In this document: positions 9,658 to 17,912 of the stretch, piece by piece
Numbering within the stretch: the stretch's first letter is position 1
How the letters are laid out: each line of letters opens with the position of its first letter
Notes under the pieces: generated by a model
What the model saw: the letters and a program-made list of their open reading frames with translations, nothing else
Told to the model about the DNA's origin: nothing
The model's database searches: none
Made by a program: the position numbers and the translations under genes
Assembly (NCBI GenBank): GCA_052169955.1
Contig: JBQNBL010000013.1
Location: forward strand, 71-64,070
Length of the DNA stretch: 64,000 bases
Origin: Treponema sp.
GTDB lineage: Bacteria; Spirochaetota; Spirochaetia; Treponematales; Treponemataceae
Direction: 5' to 3'

Positions 9658-10203
9658 ATGTTAAAAGAATGTTTTTCCTTATTCTTTGCCTTTTTTAAGG
9701 TTGGAGCTTTCACTTTTGGTGGTGGCATTGCCATGCTTCCAATGTTAAAAAAGTATCTAGTTGAGGAGCTTCATTATATAACAGAAGAAGAAATGCTTGA
9801 TTATTTTGCGATTAGCCAATGTACACCTGGAGTTATTGCAGTGAATGTGGCAACTTTTGTGGGGTATAAAAGAGCTGGAGTTTTAGGAGCTACAATTGCA
9901 ACGCTTGGTGTGGTTTTTCCTTCATTTATAATCATCATCATTTTAGCTAAATTTATTTCTCTTTCTTCTAGTGTTGTATGGTTTCAAAAAGCTGTAAAAG
10001 GAGTAAATGTCGCTGTGGCAACTCTTTTGCTACGAGCTTTTTTTTCTATAAGTAAAAAGACAATAATTGACATAGCAACATTTCTTATCTTTTTAATATC
10101 CTTTATTGCGATTGCATTTTTTAATATCTCAGGTTTTTATGTGATTATTGCAAGTGGGATAGTAGGATATGTTATTATCACAATTAAAGAAAAGAGAAAG
10201 TAG
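9658..10203 (+). CDS. short-chain chromate transporter (CHR) half-protein
   Basis: FFKVGAFTFGGG and SQCTPGVIAVNVATFVGY motifs. Confidence 0.9.
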   Translation: MLKECFSLFFAFFKVGAFTFGGGIAMLPMLKKYLVEELHYITEEEMLDYFAISQCTPGVIAVNVATFVGYKRAGVLGATIATLGVVFPSFIIIIILAKFISLSSSVVWFQKAVKGVNVAVATLLLRAFFSISKKTIIDIATFLIFLISFIAIAFFNISGFYVIIASGIVGYVIITIKEKRK

Positions 10204-10386
10204 GTAGATTTTTTTTACTTACAAAATTTATGAAACAAAATACTTAAAAACTATTTTGAACATTCTTTAGTCCCTCTATCATCATTTTATAAAAGAATTT
10301 GATAAGCACTTTATACAAATTGATACCTTTTTAGTTCCCCTTCTGTTAAGAAGATTCATTGGGAAGCACTCGTATTCACGAGTGCA

Positions 10387-10565
10387 ACATGTGTAACTTT
10401 GCATATGCGAAACTGTACAGTTTACGATAGCTAAATAATACAGTTTCGCATATGCAAACTGTACAGTTTGCAACCCCTAAATAATACAGTTTTGCCCCAG
10501 TACATTAGCTAAGGTACAAGCATAACACTAGCTAATGTACAATTATAACATTAGCTAATGTATGA
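10387..10565. repeat. 23-bp-period bipartite palindrome array, copy 1
   Basis: AAACTGTACAGTTT/AAATAATACAGTTT units at 10410, 10433, 10456, 10479, then TACATTAGCTAATGTA-like units whose central AGCT starts at 10507, 10530, 10553. Confidence 0.9.
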
Positions 10566-10927
10566 TAATGGCATTTCTTAATTAATATCTTTTTGTGTTG
10601 TTGATGGGAGTTAAGTTTTTGGGAAGTGGAGAGGTTGGAATGTTGCTTTTTCATGGGGAGCATTTTAGCATTTTTTTTGATTTTTGTCCTTGCAAGGCTG
10701 CTCTATTTTTTCTGAAAGAAAAATTTGAGGAAAATACTTTATAGAGGAGTGGTGAGAGAAGATAAAGTGCGCATTCAGGGAGTACAAAAGGCACCAGATT
10801 ATAGCTTTCAACTACATTATAAAAATACAATGATACTGGCAATTTTATCGAAAAAAAAAACTATACTTGATAGTTAGGTAAAAAAATGCTACCCTTAAAA
10901 TGTATACTATATTTTAAGGACGCTGTT

Positions 10928-11149
10928 ATGGACTATTTTGCAGTTTATAAAGAAAAGAAAAACATATTAAAGGTTCGTAAAGCAATGGTTAAATATGCTT
11001 TAGAGCATGGCATGAAGCCTGCAGCACGTGAGTTTAAGACTACAGTTAAGACAGTTAAAAAATGGGTTAAAAGGTTTAGAGAAGATGCTGAAAATGGACT
11101 TATAAATAGGAAGCAAACTTCAAAAAATGATGATAAGGGGGAAAAATAG
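10928..11149 (+). CDS. stand-alone helix-turn-helix protein resembling the N-terminal HTH of IS481/IS630-type transposases
   Basis: HGMKPAAREFKTTVKTVKKWVKRF..GL; AAGGA RBS before ATG 10928; no DDE domain follows. Confidence 0.65.
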   Translation: MDYFAVYKEKKNILKVRKAMVKYALEHGMKPAAREFKTTVKTVKKWVKRFREDAENGLINRKQTSKNDDKGEK

Positions 11150-11201
11150 ATTTCTAAAAGACATAGGTTGTCAAAATAACTGGAACTCTATTTAGTCTTA
11201 C

Positions 11202-12026
11202 ATGACGATTACAGCTAGAGGTAGATTAAGACTGTTATTTTTATTGTTTTCTATTCTTATTTCTTCTTTTGCGATTTTTTCTTATGTGTTTTCTCAGGTC
11301 ATCTCTTCTTATTCTCAACTTCCTGAAAATCTCTCAAGTATTACAAGGGGCGTTTCTTCATTTTTCTCTTATAATCCATTATCTGTTTCGACAGTTGCAT
11401 TGTTATTTTCGGTTGTCTCTTTTGTTTTTATAGTTTATATTCATTTCGCTTTTAGAAAGATACAATCTACAGAGATGTTCTTTTTTGAAGTCTTTCTTTT
11501 TTCTATTAGTTTTGAAGCATTAAGACTTTTAGTTCCTCTTTATTTATTTTCTTCCACTATATTAGTGGAGCTTTCTTCAATTTCAAGATTATTGTATTTT
11601 TTTAGATTTGTAGGTATTTTTTCTTTGCTTGTAATGAGTTTATTTTCTATTAAAGTGATTACAAGGCAAACTTTTTCTATTGCGTTTTTAATTTTTTTTA
11701 TTTCTCTAATTTTGAGTATGTCATCTCCAATGGATAGTTCATATATAAATCCTTTGTTTATGGCAGGTAGAATTTATTTGAGGCGGCATATTGTTTTGTT
11801 TTTTTCATGCTCACTATTTTTGATTTTAAGTATGATTATTTCTTATTTTTACAATAGGATAAAAGAAAGACTTTATATAATTGTGGGTATGATATGCTTA
11901 CTCATAGGTTATTTTTTCTTGTTGTATACACAAAACTATTTAAGTTTATTAGTTAGTGGTACTTTGTTTTTCTATGGTGTTTTTAACGTTGTTAAAAACC
12001 TTCATAGTATTTATTTATGGCAATGA
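11202..12026 (+). CDS. multi-pass membrane protein, unknown function
   Basis: About 8 hydrophobic segments. Confidence 0.75.
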   Translation: MTITARGRLRLLFLLFSILISSFAIFSYVFSQVISSYSQLPENLSSITRGVSSFFSYNPLSVSTVALLFSVVSFVFIVYIHFAFRKIQSTEMFFFEVFLFSISFEALRLLVPLYLFSSTILVELSSISRLLYFFRFVGIFSLLVMSLFSIKVITRQTFSIAFLIFFISLILSMSSPMDSSYINPLFMAGRIYLRRHIVLFFSCSLFLILSMIISYFYNRIKERLYIIVGMICLLIGYFFLLYTQNYLSLLVSGTLFFYGVFNVVKNLHSIYLWQ

Positions 12027-12130
12027 CAAAGAAACTTGCAACCAAAATGGTGAATCGTGGTCTATATAGTTGATGCCTTAAGTGTTTGAGATATTTACAT
12101 TGAAGGTTTCTATATGATAACGAGGATAAT

Positions 12131-12997
12131 ATGAATTGCAAAAAAGTATATATATTGGTTTTATCATTGATTTTTTCGTCAAGTGTTTTTGCATTTGACA
12201 ATGGTTTTTCATTGAGTATTATGGCATATCCTACTGCAACACTCACAATGCCACACATTAGCGATAAAGATATGGCATATCTAGGTGGAAATGGTATGAA
12301 GGGAATGCTAGGCTATGTTATAACAGGTTCTGCAGAACTTACATATCTTTTTGATTCTGTCAGATATTTTGGATATCAAGATGCCTCCATATTTTCAGGA
12401 CTTGGTCTTACAGGTTACTTTGGTGTAGGTCAAGGTTTTTCAGGCCAAATATCAGGACAACATAACGATACAGTTGGAGATATTAATGTTTATTGTCGCG
12501 TTTATATGAAAGTGACAATGAATATGGGAGCAAAGCTTAAAACTTTCCTATTTAATAATAGAATGTCAGTTAATTTTGGTTTAGGCTTAGACATGCTTTT
12601 GGACCCACATCCAACATACGAACTTACTACTAATTTATCCAATGAAGACGTTGATAAATTAAAGCGTGAGGCTAATTTAGATTTTTCTAATGAAGTGGGG
12701 ACGCTTTTAATTACTGATGAAATGATGAGAAAGATGAATCCTGTAGGTTATGTATTTGCTTTTGGACTTGAATATTATCAACCTATAGCTTCTCATATGA
12801 AATTAACATTAGGTGGCTTTTTATCTTATACAGTGTATAAACCAAAATATGTTAGCTTGCCACAAAAGCTTGTTGAAGCTGCAAAAAAAGGTGCTGAAGC
12901 AGAAGGTAGGCAACTTGATCTTACAAAACCTATAAATAGTTTTTACATGAATGCCTTAAATTTTGGGCTTTCTGTAGGGTTGGTTTTTGATGTTTAA
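12131..12997 (+). CDS. putative outer-membrane beta-barrel protein
   Basis: SPase I signal (SSSVFA/FDN), Gly/aromatic amphipathic strands, terminal strand FGLSVGLVFDV; GAGGA RBS. Confidence 0.7.
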   Translation: MNCKKVYILVLSLIFSSSVFAFDNGFSLSIMAYPTATLTMPHISDKDMAYLGGNGMKGMLGYVITGSAELTYLFDSVRYFGYQDASIFSGLGLTGYFGVGQGFSGQISGQHNDTVGDINVYCRVYMKVTMNMGAKLKTFLFNNRMSVNFGLGLDMLLDPHPTYELTTNLSNEDVDKLKREANLDFSNEVGTLLITDEMMRKMNPVGYVFAFGLEYYQPIASHMKLTLGGFLSYTVYKPKYVSLPQKLVEAAKKGAEAEGRQLDLTKPINSFYMNALNFGLSVGLVFDV

Positions 12998-13046
12998 CTT
13001 TTATAAATCTTCTAAGACGAATTCTTTACTCTTAAGGAGGTATGAT

Positions 13047-15893
13047 ATGCGTTTTATTAAATTTTTAATTATTACATATTTATTAACAATTATTTCGTGT
13101 TCTCCATCACTTGGAGCTTCTTGGTATGCAAAAACAGGTGGAAAAAATAGTGGAATTTCTATGTATGTTACAAGCATAAAAGTCTTAAATCATGATGTTA
13201 CTGTAAATGATCCTGATTACAGAGCTATAGAAGGTGATAAAGTGAGGAGCTTTGCAAAAGCTAAAAGGTTTTCAATTACCGTGCCACATACTGTTAGTTC
13301 AATAGATGCTGACTCTATTAAAATCGAAGCCTACGAAGACTATAAAAAGCAAAAGCCACTAAAAATTAGTTTGGAGATTGAAGGGGATTTGGTTCCTTTA
13401 GTTCAAGGAGAAGCTGTTTCTGTTATATTAAGAGTTAAAGATAATGCTGGTAAGTATGATGTAGAACAAAAATTTATTTCTGTTACAAGGGAAGTATCAG
13501 ATAATTCTGAAGTTCCATCTGAGCCTGAACCAGAAGACCCAAATGAAGTTGACCCTCCTTCTTTAGAAAATCCTATTGATGAAAATGGTAATAAGAAATT
13601 TAAAGTTAAAATTAATACAAAAGAAGAAAAAGTTGATCCATTTGATTATTATGGAAAAGATTTTATTTTTCCTGCAAGTCGCTTTGATGGTTGGATATTA
13701 AACATGACTAGTATGACATCTGAAAATGTTGCCTCATATGCTTTTAAGGAAGGTAAGTGGCAAGGTAGCCCTCTTTCTTGTATAGGTGAAGATGTAGGCC
13801 AAGGACAGATGAACCATACGTGGAACTTGAAGTATTATAAATATAAAAACCAAGAAGAAAGATGGAAGGAGCATGGAGGTTATGTTCCTTTTATAGATGA
13901 AAAAGAAAAAAAGAGACGAGAACGTTTTATCTTTTTTAGATTTACTGGTAGTGCTTCTATGGGGATACAGCTCGATAATTCAATGTTTTGTGTGGATACG
14001 CATACGAAATTTTTGTTTTATTACAGTGATCCTGCTAATATAAGTGGTGTGGGTGTTCCATCTAATTGGAAAGACTATGAAGAAGCTAGTAAAGATTATC
14101 ATAAGTATTTTGAAAAACCTTTTTATTTAACAGATCCAGTAGGTTATGTTAAAGAGAATGGAGAGTGTGTAATTTATAGTTGGTGTAAGGAACACATAAA
14201 GGCTAACAATTATACTGCAACTTTAAATCCTTCTTATGTTAGGCAAGCTTCAAGAAAACTTGGTGGAAAGGGATATTCTCCATATCGAGATGAAAAAATA
14301 AAGAAAACTAAAGAAAGAATTGTTGAAGAAAATCCTGAATACACTGTAGAAAAACCTGTTATAACAGGACAATCAGGTTCTTTGTATTTGTCTATTGATA
14401 GCCCTGAGCAAGCTATAATGAGTGTTACAGTGAAAAAAGCTCCTGAAAATGAAGAGTTGTCATTTCAATGGTATAAAAACGCTACAAACTCAAAAGAAGG
14501 TGGTGAACTAATTAATGGAGCTATAACAGCAGAGTACACAATGCCAAAAGAAGTTATTGATGTGTATTGCTATTGTGTTGTAACAAACAAAAATACAAAA
14601 AATGGGAAAGAAGCTAGAAGTATCTCTCAACCTATTAAGGTGAGAATTGCACAAAGCAATGCAGATTTAAAAATTGATGCAGAGATTCCTATCATCATAA
14701 AGCATCCTAAGTCTTCAAAACATTCTTTTGTTGAAGGAAGAAATGTAAGTATATCTTTGAATGTTGAAGTGAGTAAGCCAAAAGATAAAGGTGTTTTGAC
14801 ATATCAATGGTTTGAAAGTGAAAATGAAACAACAGAAAATGGAACAAAGATAGAGAATGCTAAAGATAAGGTCTACAATGCTGAGCTTTCTGGTTCAGGT
14901 GTTAAATACTATTATTGCTGTGTAACAAACACAAATGATAAGGCAACAGGTGAAAAAGCTACCTCAGTTTTTAGTGCCGTAGCAAAGATTGAGATAGAGC
15001 AATTGTATGAGCTTACTTTTGGTTGTGTTGGAGAAGGTTCTCTTACTGTGTTTGGAGGTGAAGACGGAACAAAAACTGTGAGAAATAGTTCTGAAGAAAA
15101 GATTAAAGTTAAGCTCGGAACTGACTTAGTTTTTATTGCAAAGCCCAATAAGGGATGGGAAATTGAAAAATGGGAAGGCAAAGCTACGATTTCTGAAGGG
15201 GACATAAATACTGCACAGATGAAAATTGAAAAAGCTGAAGATGTAGAGGGGAATGTTGTTGTAAACTTTAAAAAGATACCGAAGAAAGGTGTTATTGGAA
15301 TTAGTGAGGTGATGATTCAAAATTTATCCTTAGGAGGTTTGTGTACAACTTGGACGGTACAAGGGTCAAAAGTTGATTATGCATATTTTGATTTTGATGT
15401 TTCAACTTATTTTAAAGATGATAATAACGAAGAATTTAAACAACTTTTTTCTTCTAAAGGAAATGGTAAAGATTTATATACGTATGAAAAAGATAGAATT
15501 AAATCAATGGTATATTCCGATTCTAAAGACGCAAAAGATGAAAAAATATCATTTTTTAATAGAAAACCTTCGTTAAAATTGAGCTTAAAACTTGTAAAAA
15601 CAGATAGGGGAGCTTTTTGGAAAGTAACTAATGAGCAAATTATTTCTCAAAAAGGAGATAATGAAAATATCAATGGAGATATCGAATTTGAATATGATGA
15701 ATTAAAAGATTGCTGGCACCTTAAGAGCAAAAAAGCAGATTATAATATTGATAAGGTCTCAATTGTTTTTGATGAAGGTTTTACTCTAAAGCGTGGACAA
15801 GAAAAGCCTTTTGCCGTAACTTATGAGGTTAATAATCCTGCAAATCATGCTAAAGGTAATGTGAAAGTAGTCTACACATTGCTTTGGGAATAA
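13047..15893 (+). CDS. large lipoprotein: unnamed shared domain + two Ig-like repeats + B-repeat-like domain
   Basis: AAGGAGG RBS before ATG 13047; lipobox LLTIISC; two repeats L(S/T)(F/Y)QW(Y/F)...YxYCxVTN; FIAKPNKGWEIEKW module. Confidence 0.8.
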   Translation: MRFIKFLIITYLLTIISCSPSLGASWYAKTGGKNSGISMYVTSIKVLNHDVTVNDPDYRAIEGDKVRSFAKAKRFSITVPHTVSSIDADSIKIEAYEDYKKQKPLKISLEIEGDLVPLVQGEAVSVILRVKDNAGKYDVEQKFISVTREVSDNSEVPSEPEPEDPNEVDPPSLENPIDENGNKKFKVKINTKEEKVDPFDYYGKDFIFPASRFDGWILNMTSMTSENVASYAFKEGKWQGSPLSCIGEDVGQGQMNHTWNLKYYKYKNQEERWKEHGGYVPFIDEKEKKRRERFIFFRFTGSASMGIQLDNSMFCVDTHTKFLFYYSDPANISGVGVPSNWKDYEEASKDYHKYFEKPFYLTDPVGYVKENGECVIYSWCKEHIKANNYTATLNPSYVRQASRKLGGKGYSPYRDEKIKKTKERIVEENPEYTVEKPVITGQSGSLYLSIDSPEQAIMSVTVKKAPENEELSFQWYKNATNSKEGGELINGAITAEYTMPKEVIDVYCYCVVTNKNTKNGKEARSISQPIKVRIAQSNADLKIDAEIPIIIKHPKSSKHSFVEGRNVSISLNVEVSKPKDKGVLTYQWFESENETTENGTKIENAKDKVYNAELSGSGVKYYYCCVTNTNDKATGEKATSVFSAVAKIEIEQLYELTFGCVGEGSLTVFGGEDGTKTVRNSSEEKIKVKLGTDLVFIAKPNKGWEIEKWEGKATISEGDINTAQMKIEKAEDVEGNVVVNFKKIPKKGVIGISEVMIQNLSLGGLCTTWTVQGSKVDYAYFDFDVSTYFKDDNNEEFKQLFSSKGNGKDLYTYEKDRIKSMVYSDSKDAKDEKISFFNRKPSLKLSLKLVKTDRGAFWKVTNEQIISQKGDNENINGDIEFEYDELKDCWHLKSKKADYNIDKVSIVFDEGFTLKRGQEKPFAVTYEVNNPANHAKGNVKVVYTLLWE

Positions 15894-15906
15894 ATGACAA
15901 AAAACT

Positions 15907-15934
15907 TTAAGGATGTTCTTGTGAGCATCCTTAA
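15907..15934 (+). other. intercistronic stem-loop without U-tract
   Basis: TTAAGGATGTTC-TTGT-GAGCATCCTTAA. Confidence 0.55.
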
Positions 15935-15948
15935 GGCTATTTAGATAT

Positions 15949-16803
15949 ATGAAAAAAATATTTTCTCTAATTTTCTTTGTGTTATTTGCTTTAGGTTCTA
16001 ATATTTTGTCGTATGCTGTTGATAGTTCTAATTTGCAGGCGACAATCCACATGTTAAAAATCTTGCCAACAAAAACGGGTTCTGCACCTGTGCTTGAAAT
16101 CCGTTTTGATTCAAAATATTCTTGGGCTTCTTGCCCTGTCCAAACAATTAAATTAAAAGACGGCAGTGAATTAAAATGGGGACGAGAAGGAAAAACATAT
16201 AAATATACAGAGGACATGGTTAAAGGTAGCCATGTAGCTTTTGGTAATTATAATCACATTTATGACGTAACGTATTATAAATGTGAAAAAGTTCATCCTT
16301 GTGAAGTGCCTTTGTATGATGATGAAAGAGAAGCAAAAAAGATAGAAAGATTTGTTTTTTTTCGCTTTACTGCAACTGCTGCTAAAGGTTCTAGTTTTTT
16401 TCAAAAAGAATTAGATAACTTTATGGTAGCTTTAGACCTTGAAACCAATCTTCTTTTCACTTATGGAGCTCCTAGTGATTATGAAGCAATAATAGGGGGC
16501 AACTTTATTCCACTTAAATGGCTTCCTTATGAAATACATCCTAATACTATTTCAGCTCAATTAAAGTTTTATCAATATGACCCAATAGGTTATGTAAAAA
16601 ATAGCTGGGATGTTGAAAATGGAGATGTCAAGACAAATGTGGTTTTATATGAGTGGTGGAATGAATCTGTTAGAGCAGGTTCTTCGTATAAAACTGTTAA
16701 AGAAAAACGCTTTATGCCACAGCTTTCAAGAAATGCTAGCTCTAATTGTCGTTTACGAGATGCTTTAGTTCCTATTGCCTCACCTTATAGGAATGGAATA
16801 TAA
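15949..16803 (+). CDS. secreted protein, paralogous to the internal domain of the upstream lipoprotein
   Basis: Signal peptide without lipobox Cys; shared motifs ERFVFFRFT, LDNFM, FYQYDPIGYVK, SPYR. Confidence 0.8.
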   Translation: MKKIFSLIFFVLFALGSNILSYAVDSSNLQATIHMLKILPTKTGSAPVLEIRFDSKYSWASCPVQTIKLKDGSELKWGREGKTYKYTEDMVKGSHVAFGNYNHIYDVTYYKCEKVHPCEVPLYDDEREAKKIERFVFFRFTATAAKGSSFFQKELDNFMVALDLETNLLFTYGAPSDYEAIIGGNFIPLKWLPYEIHPNTISAQLKFYQYDPIGYVKNSWDVENGDVKTNVVLYEWWNESVRAGSSYKTVKEKRFMPQLSRNASSNCRLRDALVPIASPYRNGI

Positions 16804-16815
16804 TCCAACGTGTTT

Positions 16816-17847
16816 ATGGATTTGCACGATTTTTATTTTGATTTACCTTCATCTTTAATTGCTCAAACACCTTCTAAAGTGAGAGGGGAAGATAGGTTGC
16901 TACTACTTGATAAAAATACAGGAGCTTTTGAGGATGAGATGTTTTCATCTTTACCCAACCTTTTACCTAAAAATGCAGTTTTAGTGTTTAATAATTCTAA
17001 AGTACGTCATTCAAGGCTTTTTGGGAAAGAAGTAGGTGTAGCTTGTTCTCCAATTGAATTTTTGTTGATTAAAACTTTAGATGGTGGGACAACATGGGAA
17101 GTGTTAAGTCCTAAGATGAAAAAATTGAAAGTGGGAAGTGTTTTTAGCTTTTCTGAAGACATTGAGGCAAGACTCATTAAAGGAGATAAAAATGATAAGC
17201 TCCTTCAATTTGAAAAATCTCTTGATGATGACCTTCTTGAAAAAATAGGGCATGTTCCACTTCCTCCTTATATAAAAAGAGAAGACACAGACGAAGATGC
17301 TTCTCGCTATCAAACAATTTATGCAAGTGTAATGGGTTCTATTGCGTGTCCTACAGCAGGTTTGCATTTTACAGAAGACGTAATAAATAAAATAAAAATG
17401 CTGGGAATAGATATAGTTTATGTTACCTTGCATGTAGGTCTTGGAACTTTCTTACCCGTCAGAGAGAATAGGATTGAAGAGCATAAAATGCATAGAGAGG
17501 AATTCTTTATTGCTGAAAATGTAGCTTCTTTTATTAACAAAGCAAAAAAAGATGGGCGACCAATAATAGCATGTGGCACTACTAGTGCAAGGACTTTGGA
17601 AGCAGCGTGGAATTTGAAGGAGAACAGACTTGAAAGTGGAAATAAATCAACAGATATTTTTATCTATCCTCCATATAAATTCTCTGTGGTGGATGGTTTG
17701 ATAACTAACTTTCATACTCCAGAATCAACTCTTTTAATGTTAGTTTCTGCTTTTTGTAGTAGAGAAAAGATTTTGCGTGCCTACGAGCATGCAATTGAAA
17801 AATCTTATAGATTTTTTTCTTATGGTGATGCAATGTTAATCATATAA
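16816..17847 (+). CDS. queA: S-adenosylmethionine:tRNA ribosyltransferase-isomerase
   Basis: DFYFDLP..LIAQ, PLPPYIKR, YQTIYA, PTAGLHFT, TLHVGLGTF, TNFHTPESTL, YRFFSYGDAM. Confidence 0.97.
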   Translation: MDLHDFYFDLPSSLIAQTPSKVRGEDRLLLLDKNTGAFEDEMFSSLPNLLPKNAVLVFNNSKVRHSRLFGKEVGVACSPIEFLLIKTLDGGTTWEVLSPKMKKLKVGSVFSFSEDIEARLIKGDKNDKLLQFEKSLDDDLLEKIGHVPLPPYIKREDTDEDASRYQTIYASVMGSIACPTAGLHFTEDVINKIKMLGIDIVYVTLHVGLGTFLPVRENRIEEHKMHREEFFIAENVASFINKAKKDGRPIIACGTTSARTLEAAWNLKENRLESGNKSTDIFIYPPYKFSVVDGLITNFHTPESTLLMLVSAFCSREKILRAYEHAIEKSYRFFSYGDAMLII

Positions 17848-17912
17848 TAATTATTACCTTGACAGATGGGATAACTTGCATAACAATATACTTACTTTAA
17901 GGGGAGAAAATT

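Noticed and set aside
10282..10473. 63-aa minus-strand ORF
   Set aside because: Translation of the palindrome array; no RBS or protein-like features.
10387..10565. Palindrome arrays as a CRISPR array
   Set aside because: The period is only 23 bp with 4-9-bp linkers, there are two repeat types, and no cas genes are present.
12987..13046. Upstream start of the lipoprotein given in the ORF track
   Set aside because: The AAGGAGG RBS and signal peptide position favour ATG 13047.
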